A DNA stretch of 64,000 bases, taken from positions 96,001 through 160,000 of the forward strand of contig CAVYBH010000011.1 of NCBI GenBank assembly GCA_963766715.1. The letters are read 5' to 3'. The translations under genes and the position numbers were made by a program. The notes under the pieces are model-generated. The model made no database searches. It was not told the DNA's origin and worked only from the letters and a program-made list of their open reading frames with translations. The DNA is from an uncultured delta proteobacterium (GTDB taxonomy: Bacteria; Myxococcota; Myxococcia; Myxococcales; Anaeromyxobacteraceae). Shown piece after piece: positions 1-10,675 of this stretch (position 1 is the first letter of the stretch; the number at the start of each line of letters is the position of its first letter).

Positions 1-1608
1 GCCAACGTGGCCCAGGGGATCCGCGCCCGGGAGATGATGGCCACCTCCGCGCGGCAGACCCTCTCCCGCCAGCTGCAGTTCGGCAGCCCGGGCGACCTGG
101 TCTCCACCCGGAGGGTGGACGACCTCGACGACGCGCTCGACCGGGAGCTGGAGAAGGACGTGCTGTACCTGGAGTCGCTCTTCGACAAGCAGCGGGCCGA
201 GGACCTGGTCCGCATGGCGAAGGACCTGGCCTCCCGCCGCCGGGAGCTGGCGTCGCTGCTCGAGAAGTACCGGCAGGCGCCGACCGAGCAGGCGAAGAAG
301 GAGCTGCTCGCCGAGGTGGCCCGGCTGCGCGGGCGGATGCAGGAGATGCTCCGGCAGATGTCCGAGCTGGCCCGCGGGGTCTCCGACTCGCACATGAACG
401 CCGAGGCCGTGGCCGAGGTCGCGAAGGGCAAGGACCTCGACTCGGGCATGAAGCGCGTCGAGGAGATGCTGGCCCGGGGGGACGTCGACGAGGCCATGCG
501 CGAGCTCGACGCGATGGGGAGCGCGCTGCAGGACATGCTCTCCTCGCTGGAGCGGACGGCCGGGAGCCCGGACGAGCGCACCGCGGCGCTCTCGCGCCAG
601 GTCCGGGAGTTCCAGCGCGGGCTGGAGTCGGTCGAGCGGGAGCAGCAGGCGGTGGCCCAGGAGACCGAGAAGCTGCGGGGCGAGCAGCGCCGGGCCGGCC
701 AGGAGCGGCTGCGCCGGGCCGAGCCCGCCATCCGGCACGTCGAGGAGCTGGCCCGCAAGGCGCAGGAGGAGCTCCGCCAGTCGCGCGCCGGCACCACGCC
801 GCGCTCGGAGGACGACTTCGCCCAGGCCCACGACCGGCTCGACGACCTGCGGCGCGCGCTGGCCGGGCGCGACGTCGACGCCGCGCTCGACGCCTCGAAG
901 CGGGCCCTTCCGCCGCTCTCGCGCCTGGCCACGGGGCTCGACGACGAGGCCCTCATGGCCGAGCGGTTCGCCCAGCTGCGCAAGCGGGATCCGGGCGAGC
1001 TCCGGGAGGCGGCGCGCCACGCCCGCGACGCGGTGCCCCCGGCGCGCCAGGCGCGGGAGGAGCTGGAGAAGCTCTTCCCCGAGGCGAGCACCCCGCTGCC
1101 GCAGGGATCGCAGCAGAAGCTCGATCGGCTGGCCCGGGAGCAGCAGGGGCTCGAGCAGAAGGCCGGGCGGCTGCAGCAGGAGCTGGAGGCGCTCTCCCAG
1201 GAGGCGCCCGTCTTCCCGCCCCAGGCCATGCAGGACCTGGGCGAGGGCCGGGCCCACATGCAGTCGGCCGCGGCCGAGCTCGGGCAGAAGAGCGCGCAGC
1301 GGGGGCTGGGGCACCAGCGCGAGGCGCTCGGGGCGCTCGAGCGGCTGCGAAAGGGGCTCGAGCAGATGGCCAAGGGCGGCGGGAAGGGGGAGGGGGGCGG
1401 CTTCCCGTTCCCCTTCGCCGAGGCCGGCACGCCCCGGCACGACGGTCCCGAGGGCGATCCGTCGCGGGAGAAGGTGGAGATCCCGCAGGCCGACGCCTCG
1501 AAGGCGCGCGAGGAGTTCCGCCGCGACCTGCTCGAGGCCATGAAGCAAGGCACGCCCGAGCCGTACCAGGGCGAGGTGAAGCGCTACTACGAGGAGCTCG
1601 TGAAGTGA
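1..1608 (+). CDS. Long coiled-coil protein, DUF4175-like (5' truncated by window edge)
   Basis: Frame is open from base 1. Q/E/A/L-rich heptads; C-terminus ...EAMKQGTPEPYQGEVKRYYEELVK is typical of DUF4175-like proteins; stop overlaps next start (GTGA). Confidence 0.7.
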   Translation, partial: ANVAQGIRAREMMATSARQTLSRQLQFGSPGDLVSTRRVDDLDDALDRELEKDVLYLESLFDKQRAEDLVRMAKDLASRRRELASLLEKYRQAPTEQAKKELLAEVARLRGRMQEMLRQMSELARGVSDSHMNAEAVAEVAKGKDLDSGMKRVEEMLARGDVDEAMRELDAMGSALQDMLSSLERTAGSPDERTAALSRQVREFQRGLESVEREQQAVAQETEKLRGEQRRAGQERLRRAEPAIRHVEELARKAQEELRQSRAGTTPRSEDDFAQAHDRLDDLRRALAGRDVDAALDASKRALPPLSRLATGLDDEALMAERFAQLRKRDPGELREAARHARDAVPPARQAREELEKLFPEASTPLPQGSQQKLDRLAREQQGLEQKAGRLQQELEALSQEAPVFPPQAMQDLGEGRAHMQSAAAELGQKSAQRGLGHQREALGALERLRKGLEQMAKGGGKGEGGGFPFPFAEAGTPRHDGPEGDPSREKVEIPQADASKAREEFRRDLLEAMKQGTPEPYQGEVKRYYEELVK

Positions 1609-3164
1609 CCGCCCTGGCCCCCCTGCTCGCGCTGGCGCTCGTCGCCGCTCCCGGCGCCGGCGCCCCCCCGCCGGACGTCCGCAGCGCCGTGCGCACGGCC
1701 GTGGAGAAGCTCGGCGACGAGGACGTGGAGGGAGCCCGCGCGGCCATCGCCCCCTTCCAGGACCTGGCGTCCTCCGATCCGTCGGTGGCCTTCGCGGTGG
1801 GCGTGCTGCGCTTCCACGAGCAGCGCTACGACGAGTCGGTCGCCCTGCTCGAGCGGGCGGGCGCCGGCGGCCCGGGGCGAGACTGGCTCGCGCAGGCGCG
1901 CGCGGCCCGCGACACCACCCGGGGGTACGTGAGGGCGGAGAGCGAGCACTTCGTGGTGAGCCACCCGAAGGGGAAGGAGGAGGTGCTCGTCCCCTACCTG
2001 CTCGAGGCGCTCGAGGCCCAGCGCAGCGCGCTGCTCCAGGACTTCGGGCAGGTCCCGCCGGGCAAGGTGGTGGTCGAGGTGGTGGAGGACACGCGGCAGC
2101 TGGCGCGGCTGTCGACCCTCACCGAGAAGGAGATCCAGGCCACCGGCACCATCGCCATCTGCAAGTTCGACAAGATGATGCTGACCTCGCCGAAGGCGCT
2201 GGTCTACGGGTACGACTGGCTCGACACCGCGGCCCACGAGTACGTCCACCACGTGGTCACCCGCATGACCGCGAACGAGACCCCAATCTGGCTGCACGAG
2301 GGGATCGCGCGCTGGTACGAGACGCGCTGGCGCGGCCCCGGCGGCGACATCCTCTCCCCCTGGTCGGCCGCCCGGCTCCGCGACGCGGCCCGCGAGGGGA
2401 AGCTCGTCACCTTCGCCCAGATGCACCCGTCGATGGCCAAGCTCCCGTCGCAGGAGGCGGCGGCGCTGGCCTTCGCCGAGGTGGCCGTGGCGGTGGAGAC
2501 GATGCGGAAGAAGGGGGGTCCCGACGCCGTCCGCCGGGTGCTCGAGGGCGTGGCCCGCGGCGCGACCGCCGAGGACGCCGTGGCCGCCGCGCTGGGGATG
2601 CCGTTCCCGGCCTTCGAGCGGGAGTGGAAGCGCTGGATGGCGGAGCGGCCGCTGCCCGCCGGCGGCGAGACCCACATGCGCCGCCTCCAGTTCAAGGGCG
2701 GGCCGGGCACGCTCGCCGAGTGGTCCGAGATCGCCGACGAGAAGGGTCGCGGCCACGCCCGGCTGGGCGAGATCTTCCGGGAGCGCGGGCGCTGGGAGCC
2801 GGCCCGGCAGGAGTATGCACGCGCGGTGAAGCACGGCGGGAGCCGGTCGCCGCTCCTGGCCGGACGCTACGCGCAGGCCTCGCTCATGACCGGCCACGCC
2901 GAGGAGGCCGAGAAGGTGCTGGCCGGGGCGCTGGCGGCCCACCCCGAGGCCGGCACCCTGCACGTGCAGCTGGGGCGGGTGCGGCTCCTGCGCCAGGACT
3001 GGGCCGGGGCCCGCGCGAGCTTCCTCCTCGCCAACCGCACCGACCCCTTCGACCCGGAGATCCACGCCGGCCTGGCGCGCGCCGCCGAGGCCGCGGGCGA
3101 CGAGAAGACCGCCTCGCGCGAGAAGCGCTTCGCGGCCATACTGATCGGCGGGTCGCATCCGTGA
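1605..3164 (+). CDS. Exported TPR-containing zinc metallopeptidase (peptidase MA-like)
   Basis: Signal peptide, AHEYVHH (HExxH), WLHEG third-ligand motif, TPR-like helices at both ends. Confidence 0.8.
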   Translation: MTALAPLLALALVAAPGAGAPPPDVRSAVRTAVEKLGDEDVEGARAAIAPFQDLASSDPSVAFAVGVLRFHEQRYDESVALLERAGAGGPGRDWLAQARAARDTTRGYVRAESEHFVVSHPKGKEEVLVPYLLEALEAQRSALLQDFGQVPPGKVVVEVVEDTRQLARLSTLTEKEIQATGTIAICKFDKMMLTSPKALVYGYDWLDTAAHEYVHHVVTRMTANETPIWLHEGIARWYETRWRGPGGDILSPWSAARLRDAAREGKLVTFAQMHPSMAKLPSQEAAALAFAEVAVAVETMRKKGGPDAVRRVLEGVARGATAEDAVAAALGMPFPAFEREWKRWMAERPLPAGGETHMRRLQFKGGPGTLAEWSEIADEKGRGHARLGEIFRERGRWEPARQEYARAVKHGGSRSPLLAGRYAQASLMTGHAEEAEKVLAGALAAHPEAGTLHVQLGRVRLLRQDWAGARASFLLANRTDPFDPEIHAGLARAAEAAGDEKTASREKRFAAILIGGSHP

Positions 3165-3187
3165 CCGGCGCGAGGAGCGAGGAGCAC

Positions 3188-4207
3188 ATGGACGAGCGTG
3201 AGACGCAGGCCCCGGCGGAGCGGGAGGCCGACCTGGCCGCCGTGGGGGAGCTGGCCGAGGCGCGCCGCACCCTGCTCGGCGAGATCGAGAAGCGGATCGT
3301 CGGCCAGAAGGGCGTGGTCGAGCACCTGCTCGTCGCCCTCTTCGCCCGGGGCCACACCCTCTTCGTCGGGGTCCCCGGCCTCGCCAAGACGCTGCTCATC
3401 TCGACCGTGGCCGAGGCCCTCGACCTCTCCTTCAACCGGATCCAGTTCACGCCGGACCTGATGCCCTCCGACATCACCGGCACCGACGTGCTGGAGGAGG
3501 ACCACACCACCGGCAAGCGGGCCTTCCGCTTCGTGCCCGGGCCGATCTTCGCGAACCTGGTGCTCGCCGACGAGATCAACCGCACGCCGCCGAAGACCCA
3601 GGCGGCGCTGCTCCAGGCCATGCAGGAGTACCGGGTCACCGCCGGCGGCCGGACCTACCCGCTCGACCTGCCGTTCCTGGTCTTCGCGACGCAGAACCCG
3701 ATCGAGCAGGAGGGGACCTACCCGCTCCCCGAGGCCCAGCTCGACCGCTTCATGTTCTACGTGGACGTGGACTACCCGTCGGCGGACGAGGAGGTGCAGA
3801 TCGTCCGCTCCACCACCACGTCGTCGCGCGCGTCGCTGCGGCGGGTGCTCTCGCCCGCGCGCATCCGGCAGCTCCAGGAGCTCGTGCTCCGCGTGCCGGC
3901 CGCCGATCACGTGGTGCGCTACGCGGTCGACCTGGTCCGCAGCACCCGGCCCAAGGAGCCGGGCGCGCCCGACTTCGTCCGCGACTACGTGGCCTGGGGC
4001 GCCGGCCCGCGCGCCAGCCAGTACCTGATCCTGGGCGCGAAGAGCCGCGCCGTCCTCGACGGGCGCGTGGCGGCCTCCGAGGAGGACGTCCGCGCGCTGG
4101 CGCGCCCGGTGCTCGTCCACCGGGTCATCGCCAGCTTCCGGGCCGAGAGCGACGGGGTGTCGAGCCGGGACGTGGTGGACCGCCTGCTCGAGAAGGTCAG
4201 ACCCTGA
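3188..4207 (+). CDS. moxR: MoxR-family AAA+ ATPase
   Basis: GVPGLAKT Walker A, RIQFTPDLMPSD, LADEINRTPPKTQAALL, ATQNPIEQEGTYPLPEAQLDRF. GGAG upstream of ATG 3188. Confidence 0.95.
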   Translation: MDERETQAPAEREADLAAVGELAEARRTLLGEIEKRIVGQKGVVEHLLVALFARGHTLFVGVPGLAKTLLISTVAEALDLSFNRIQFTPDLMPSDITGTDVLEEDHTTGKRAFRFVPGPIFANLVLADEINRTPPKTQAALLQAMQEYRVTAGGRTYPLDLPFLVFATQNPIEQEGTYPLPEAQLDRFMFYVDVDYPSADEEVQIVRSTTTSSRASLRRVLSPARIRQLQELVLRVPAADHVVRYAVDLVRSTRPKEPGAPDFVRDYVAWGAGPRASQYLILGAKSRAVLDGRVAASEEDVRALARPVLVHRVIASFRAESDGVSSRDVVDRLLEKVRP

Positions 4208-4208
4208 C

Positions 4209-5115
4209 GTGACCGAGGCGGGCAAGCGGCTGCTCGACCCCGAGGTGCTGGCGAGGCTCGCCGGCCTGCGGCTGCGCGTGCGCGCCACCGCCGAGGGCGT
4301 CCTCTCCGGCCTGCACCGCAGCCCCCACCACGGCCAGTCGGTGGAGTTCAGCGAGCACAAGGAGTACGCCCCCGGGGACGAGCTGCGCCACGTCGACTGG
4401 AAGGCCTGGGGGAAGTTCGACAAGTACTACGTGAAGCGCTTCGAGCAGGAGACCAACCTGCGCGCCTGGCTGGTGGTCGACGCGTCCGGCTCGATGGGCT
4501 ACCGCGGCGCCGAGGGGCGGCTCACCAAGCTGGGCTACGCGAGCACGCTGGCGGGCACGCTGGCGCACCTCCTGGTCCGGCAGCAGGACGCGGTCGGCCT
4601 GGCGGTCTTCTCCGGGACGGTCACGAACGCGCTGTCGCCGCGCGCCGAGCCCTCGCAGGTGAACGCCATCCTGGAGACGCTCGACGGCGCTCCAGCCCGG
4701 GGGGGAGACCCGGCTCGAGTCGGCGATCGAGTTCCTCGCCGAGCGGGCCCGCCGCCGCTCCGCGGTCCTGGTCTTCTCCGACCTCCTCGACCGGGACGAG
4801 CGGATGCTCCGGATGGTCGCCGACCTGCGCCGCCGCAGGCACGAGGTGACGATCTTCCACCTCCTCGACCCGGCCGAGATCGACTTCCCCTTCGACGACC
4901 CGACCCTCTTCCTCTCCATGGAGGACTCGCGCTCCGTGGAGGCCCGCGGGCGCGACGTGCGCCGCGGCTACCTGGAGGTCCTGGGGAAGTGGATGGAGTC
5001 GGTGCGCCGGACCTGCGGGGAGAGCGACGTCGAGTACGTGCTCGTCCGCACCGACCAGCCGCTCGACGAGGTGCTCGTCCCCTTCCTCGCGCGGCGGGAG
5101 CGGAGCGCCGCTTGA
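4209..5115 (+). CDS. DUF58 family protein (frameshift near 4700)
   Basis: GLHRSPHHGQSVEFSEHKEYAPGDELRHVDWK, VDASGSM. C-terminal half (SDLLD...DPAEIDFPF) continues in another frame after the G-run at ~4700. Confidence 0.9.
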
Positions 5116-7246
5116 GCCTGTCGTTCCTCCACCCGGCGCTCCTCTGGGGGCTGGCCGCGGCGGCCATCCCGCTCGCCATCCACCTCTTCTACCGGCGGCG
5201 GCCGCGCGCGGTCCCCTTCCCGGCCATCGACTTCGTGATGCAGGCCCGCCGCGAGACCGAGCGGAGGCTCAAGCTGCGGCGGGTCCTGCTCTTCGTGTCC
5301 CGCACCGCGCTGCTCGCGGCCGCGGCGCTCGCCATCGCGCGCCCCCGCCTGTCCACGCCCGAGGCCCGGGCGGCCCAGGGTCCGGCAGGCCCGTCGGCGA
5401 CGGCCATCGTCCTCGACACGTCCGCCTCCATGGGCTACCGGGTGGGCGGGCGAACGCTCCTCGAGCGGGCCCGGGAGGACGCCCTAGGACGCGCTCGGGG
5501 CCCTCGGCCCGGACGAGCGCGCCACCGTGGTCGTGTGCGGAGGGGAGGGCGCGCCGCAGGCCGACCCGCCCACCTTCGATCGGGTCGAGCTGCGCCGGCG
5601 CATCGCCGAGGCGGAGCAGACCTGGCTGCATGCCGACCTCACCACCTGCGTGGGAGCGGCCCTGCGCGCCCTCGGGGATCCGGCCGCGGCCGGGGTGTCC
5701 CGCCGGCGGCTGCTGGTGGCGACCGACCTGACGGCCAGCGCCTGGCGGCTCGACGCCCCGGCGCCGGTGGTGCCCACGCCCGCGGGTCCGGTGCGCCCCG
5801 AGGTGACCCTGCTCGACGCCGCCCGCGGGGAGCGGATGCCGAACCGATGGGTCGCCTCGCTGGCCGCGGAGCCGGAGCCCGCGGCGGGCTCCCACGGCTA
5901 CCGGATCACCGCGACGGTGAGCGGCCAGGAGGCGGAGGCGGCCAGCGACGTTCCCCTGACGCTGCGCGTGGGCTCGGGGGATCGCGCCGCGCTGCGGTCG
6001 CTGCTCGACCTGCCGGCGTCCGGCAGCGTGAAGAAGGTGCTGGCCCACGACTTCGCCTCGGGCGGGCCGGCCGTCGTCACCGTGGCGCTGCCCGAGGACG
6101 CGCTGCCCGAGGACGACGCCCTCTCGCTCGCCCTCGACGTCCCCCGGGAGGTCAAGGCACTGGTGGTGAACGGCGCGCCCTCGGCCGTCCGCCACCGCGA
6201 CGCCGCCTACTTCCTCGAGGCGGCGCTCGCCGGCGCCTCCTCCCCGGTGCGTCCCACCGTGGTGGACCCCGAGGGCTTCGCGAAGGCGCGCCTCTCCGAC
6301 TACGACGTGGTCCTGCTCCTCGACGTGCGCTCCCCGGGCGCCAAGGGCGCCGAGCTGGCCAGCTTCGTGGAGGGCGGCGGAGGGCTCTTCGTCGCCATGG
6401 GCGACGACGTCGACCCGGACCGCTACGAGGCCGAGATGAAGGGGCTCCTGCCCGCGCCCCTGCACGTGGTGAAGACCGCGGCGGAGCGGGGCGCTCCCGG
6501 GGCGGCCGAGAAGGCGGCCCGGCTCGCCGAGATCGACTGGGACCACCCGGTCCTCCGGGTCTTCACGGGTCCAGGCGCGGGAAGGGCTCGAGTCGATGCG
6601 GACCTACCGGTACATGCTCCTCAAGCCGGACCGGAAGGACGGCGGGGTGCGCGTGATGGCCCGGTACGACGACGGGGCGCCGGCGCTCGTCGCGGCGCAG
6701 CGCGGACGCGGCCGGGTGGTGCTCTACGCCTCCACCCTGGACCCGGAGTGGTCCGACTGGACCATCCGGACCAGCTTCCTCCCGGCCATGCAGCGGATCG
6801 CCGCCTGGCTCGCCGGTGCGCTCGAGGCCACGCGCGAGCCTCCCGGCATCGTGGGCGCTCCGCGGCCCGTCGCCGCACCACCGGGCCTCCAGGTCGTGGC
6901 GCTCGTCGGGCCGGACGGCCGGGAGCGGCGCGGGCTGCCGGGGAAGGACGGGGTGCAGGTCGCCACGCCCGACCGGCCCGGGCTCTGGCAGGTCAAGGTC
7001 CGGGACCCGTCGACCGGGGGAGAGAAGCTCGACCCGGCGCTCGCCTTCGCGGTCTGGCCGGATCCGCGCGAGTCGGACACCCGGCGGCTCGAGCCCTCCG
7101 AGCTCACCGCCTGGTTCGGCGGCGAGGCCCACGCCCGCGTCTCCGCCGACGGGCGGGCGCCGGAGGATCGGCAGCTGCCGCTGTGGTCCTGGCTCCTGCT
7201 CCTCGCCATCGCGGCGTTCCTCGCCGAAGGCTTGCTCCTGGCCTGA
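5112..7246 (+). CDS. BatA N-terminal / vWA / glutamine-amidotransferase-like membrane protein (frameshifts ~5486 and ~6580)
   Basis: TTG start overlaps DUF58 stop. SFLHPALLWGLAAAAIPLAIHL (BatA), LDTSASM (MIDAS), C-terminal PDPRESD...LWSWLLLLAIAAFLAEGLL. Stitched from three frames. Confidence 0.8.
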
Positions 7247-7269
7247 CCCGCCGCCATATTGGCGCGGCC

Positions 7270-8365
7270 ATGCCCTCCCGACTCGATGCGGACTGCGCCG
7301 GCCTCTTCTGCGTCGGCTTCGAGGGGACGTCGCCGTCCCCGGAGGTCCTGGAGCTCGTCCGGCGGGGCGTCTACGGCGTCATCCTCTTCGCCCGGAACGT
7401 CGAGAGCGCCGAGCAGGTGGCCGAGCTCTCGGCCGCCCTGAAGCGGGCCGCGGGGCGCCCGCTCCTCGTCAGCGTCGACCAGGAGGGCGGGAGGGTGGCG
7501 CGGCTGCGGGCCCGCCACGGCTTCACCGAGCTGCCCCCGATGCGCGCGCTCGGCCAGGCTCGGGGACGAGGCCACCGCCTTCGAGGTGGGCGCGCTCCTG
7601 GGCCGGGAGCTGCGGGCGGTGGGGATCGACCAGGACTACGCGCCCGTGGTCGACGTCGACACGAACCCCACGAACCCGGTCATCGGCGACCGATCGCTGG
7701 GGCGCGACCCGGCGCTGGTCGGGCGGCTCGGCGCCGCCCTCGCCCGCGGCATCCAGTCGAGCGGGGTGGCCGCCTGCGCCAAGCATTTCCCCGGCCACGG
7801 GGACACGAGCCAGGACTCGCACACCGGCCTGCCGCGCCTGCCGCACCCGCTCGCGCGGCTCGAGGCGGTGGAGCTCCCGCCCTTCCGCGCGCTGGCCGCG
7901 GCGGGGGTCGCGTCCGTCATGACCGCCCACGTGGTGTTCGAGGCGCTCGACCCCGCGCACCCCGCCACCCTGTCCGCCCCGGTCATGCGGCTCCTGCGCA
8001 CCTGGTGCGGGTTCGACGGGGCGGCCCTCTCCGACGACCTGGAGATGGCGGCGGTCGCCGCCCACTACCCGCTCGAGGTGGCGGTCCCGGGCGCGCTGGG
8101 GGCGGGCGTCGACGGGATGCTCGTCTGCCACCGGCCCGACGTCCAGCATCGCGCCATCGACCTGGCCCGCCAGGCGGTCGAGCGCGGCGCGGTGTCGCCC
8201 GGGCGACTCGCCGAGGCCCGCGCCCGGATCGGGCGGCTCCTCGGGTGGGCGGCCCCGCCACCCGATCGGGCGCTGGTCCGGCCCGGGCTCCGCCTGCCGG
8301 AGGCGCTCGCGCTGGCGGCCCGGCTCCCGTCCCTCGAGGCGGGGCGGGACCCCACGGCGGCCTGA
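7270..8365 (+). CDS. nagZ: Beta-N-acetylhexosaminidase, GH3 (frameshift ~7560)
   Basis: GVILFARN, VDQEGGRVARL, APVVDV, KHFPGHGDTSQDSH, SDDLEM motifs. Confidence 0.9.
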
Positions 8366-8405
8366 AATCCGGCGCGCGGTCGTCCCCCGTTCCTCTTCGC
8401 GCAAC

Positions 8406-8423
8406 CCTGTGTTAGACCACAGG
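8406..8423. promoter_or_regulatory. Palindrome CCTGTG-N6-CACAGG upstream of liv operon (candidate operator)
   Basis: Perfect 6-bp inverted repeat in the short intergenic gap, 26 bp before the livK ATG. Confidence 0.35.
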
Positions 8424-8449
8424 ATTCGTCCATTCGACCGGAGGTTCCG

Positions 8450-9667
8450 ATGCGCGCAGTCCGTGCCGTGGCACTCCTCGCAGCGTCCCTCGCCGTGGTC
8501 TCCTGCCAGAGCAAGAAGCCGGAAGGCGAGGCCCCCGCGAAGCCCGCGGCGGCGCCCGCTCCCGCCGGGGACCGGATCCTGGTGGGTCACGTCGGCTCGA
8601 TGACCGGCTCGGAGGCCACCTTCGGCCAGTCCACCGACAACGGCATCAAGCTCGCCATCGAGCAGTGGAACGCCAAGGGCGGGGTGAAGGGAAAGACCCT
8701 CTCCCTGCGGACCTACGACAGCCAGGGCAAGCCGGAGGAGGCCGCCGTCGCCGCCACGCGACTCATCGTGAACGACAAGGTCAACCTGCTCCTCGGCGAG
8801 GTGGCGTCCTCCCGCTCGCTCGCCATGGCGCCGGTGGCCGACGCGAACGGCACGCCGATGATCACGCCGTCCTCGACCAACCCGAGGGTCACGAAGGACA
8901 AGGACAAGGTGCGGCCCTACGTCTTCCGCGTCTGCTTCATCGATCCCTTCCAGGGGACGGTGATGGCCAAGTTCGCGCGGGACCGGCTCAAGATCGACCG
9001 CGTCGCCATCCTCCGCGACGTGGGCAACGACTACTCGATGGGGCTCGCCGACTACTTCCTCGCCAAGTTCAAGGAGCTCGGCGGCACGGTGGTCGACGAC
9101 CAGAGCTACAAGGCCGGCGACCAGGACTTCAAGGCCCAGCTCACGGCCATCAAGAACAAGAACCCCCAGGCCATCTACGTGCCCGGCTACTACACCGACG
9201 TGGCGCTCATCGCCCGCCAGGCCCGCGAGCTGGGCATGAAGCAGCCGCTCCTCGGCGGCGACGGCTGGGACTCCTCGAAGCTCTACGAGATCGGCGGCAA
9301 GGCCATCGAGGGCTCCTTCTACTCGAACCACTACTCGCCCGACGACCCGAGCCCGCGCATCCAGGAGTTCGTGAAGGCCTACCAGGCCCGCTTCGGCGCG
9401 GTGCCGGACGGCCTGGCCGCGCAGGGCTACGACGCGGCCATGGTGGGGTTCGACGCGATGAACCGGGCGGCGGACGGGTCGGGCGCCGCGGTGCGGGACG
9501 CCATCGCGGCCACCAAGGACTATCCGGGCGTCACCGGGATCATCACCATCGACGCGAACCACGACGCGGTGAAGCCGGCGGTGGTGCTCGAGGTGAAGGA
9601 CGGGAAGTCGGTCTTCGTCACCATCGGTCGCCCCCTGACGACGCTCGTCACCGGGCCCCGCGATTGA
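8450..9667 (+). CDS. livK: Branched-chain amino acid ABC transporter substrate-binding lipoprotein
   Basis: Lipobox VVSC, GEVASSRSLA, PSSTNP, YVFRVCFIDPFQG, GGDGWD. GGAGG RBS. Confidence 0.92.
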   Translation: MRAVRAVALLAASLAVVSCQSKKPEGEAPAKPAAAPAPAGDRILVGHVGSMTGSEATFGQSTDNGIKLAIEQWNAKGGVKGKTLSLRTYDSQGKPEEAAVAATRLIVNDKVNLLLGEVASSRSLAMAPVADANGTPMITPSSTNPRVTKDKDKVRPYVFRVCFIDPFQGTVMAKFARDRLKIDRVAILRDVGNDYSMGLADYFLAKFKELGGTVVDDQSYKAGDQDFKAQLTAIKNKNPQAIYVPGYYTDVALIARQARELGMKQPLLGGDGWDSSKLYEIGGKAIEGSFYSNHYSPDDPSPRIQEFVKAYQARFGAVPDGLAAQGYDAAMVGFDAMNRAADGSGAAVRDAIAATKDYPGVTGIITIDANHDAVKPAVVLEVKDGKSVFVTIGRPLTTLVTGPRD

Positions 9668-10675
9668 CCGAGTTCCTCCAGCACGTCGTCAACGGGGTCT
9701 CCCTCGGGACCATCTACGCCCTCATCGCGCTGGGCTACACGATGGTCTACGGGGTGCTGAAGCTCATCAACTTCGCCCACGGTGACGTGTACATGGCGGC
9801 GGCCTTCGCCGGCTTCTACATCGCCACCGCCCTCGACGTCCGCACCCATCCCACGCTCGGCAAGGCGGTGGCCGTCTTCCTGGGGTCGATGGCCTTCGCC
9901 GCGGCGCTCGGGTGGGCCATCGAGCGCTTCGCCTACCGGCCGCTCCGCAACCGGCCCCGCCTCGCGACGCTCATCACCGCCATCGGCGTCTCGTTCCTCC
10001 TGGAGTTCGGGTTCCAGCTCCCCAGCCTGCAGGCCCAGGGGACGGACCTTCGAGGAGCTCCTGCGCGGCTGGGGGTGGACCGTTCCGGGCTGGCTCGACG
10101 CGCTCGTCGCCCACCTGCCGGCGACCTTCCCGCCCGGACCCACGCCGCGCTTCTTCCCCGAGCCCTTCGTCCGGGTGGACTGGACGATCCTGGGCGGGGT
10201 CCACGTCTCGAACTACGACGTGGTCTCCTTCCTGGTGGCGGTGGCCTTCATGCTCGGGCTGCAGTGGATCGTCTACCGGACCCGGTTCGGCATGGCGATG
10301 CGCGCGGTCTCCTTCGATCCCAAGGTCGCGGGGCTCATGGGCATCCCGGTGAACCGGGTCATCTCGGTGACCTTCGTGCTCGGCAGCGTGCTGGCGGCCG
10401 TGGCCGCCCTGCTCGTGGCCGGCTCCCGGCCGCGCATCGACCCGATCATGGGGCTCATGCCCGGCCTGAAGGCCTTCGTGGCGGCCGTCTTCGGCGGGAT
10501 CGGCAACGTGCCTGGCGCCATGCTGGGCGGCATCCTGCTCGGGCTCGCCGAGGAGATGGTGGCCGGGTACAGCGTCTCCTCCTTCCGCGACGGCATCGCC
10601 TTCGCCATCCTGATCCTGGTCCTGCTCGTCCGCCCCGAGGGGCTGCTCGGGCGGATCACCGTGGAGAAGGTGTGA
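9664..10675 (+). CDS. livH: Branched-chain amino acid ABC permease (frameshift ~10040)
   Basis: GTIYALIALGYTMVYGVLKLINFAHG; KAFVAAVFGGIG; LLVRPEGLLG. Confidence 0.92.
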
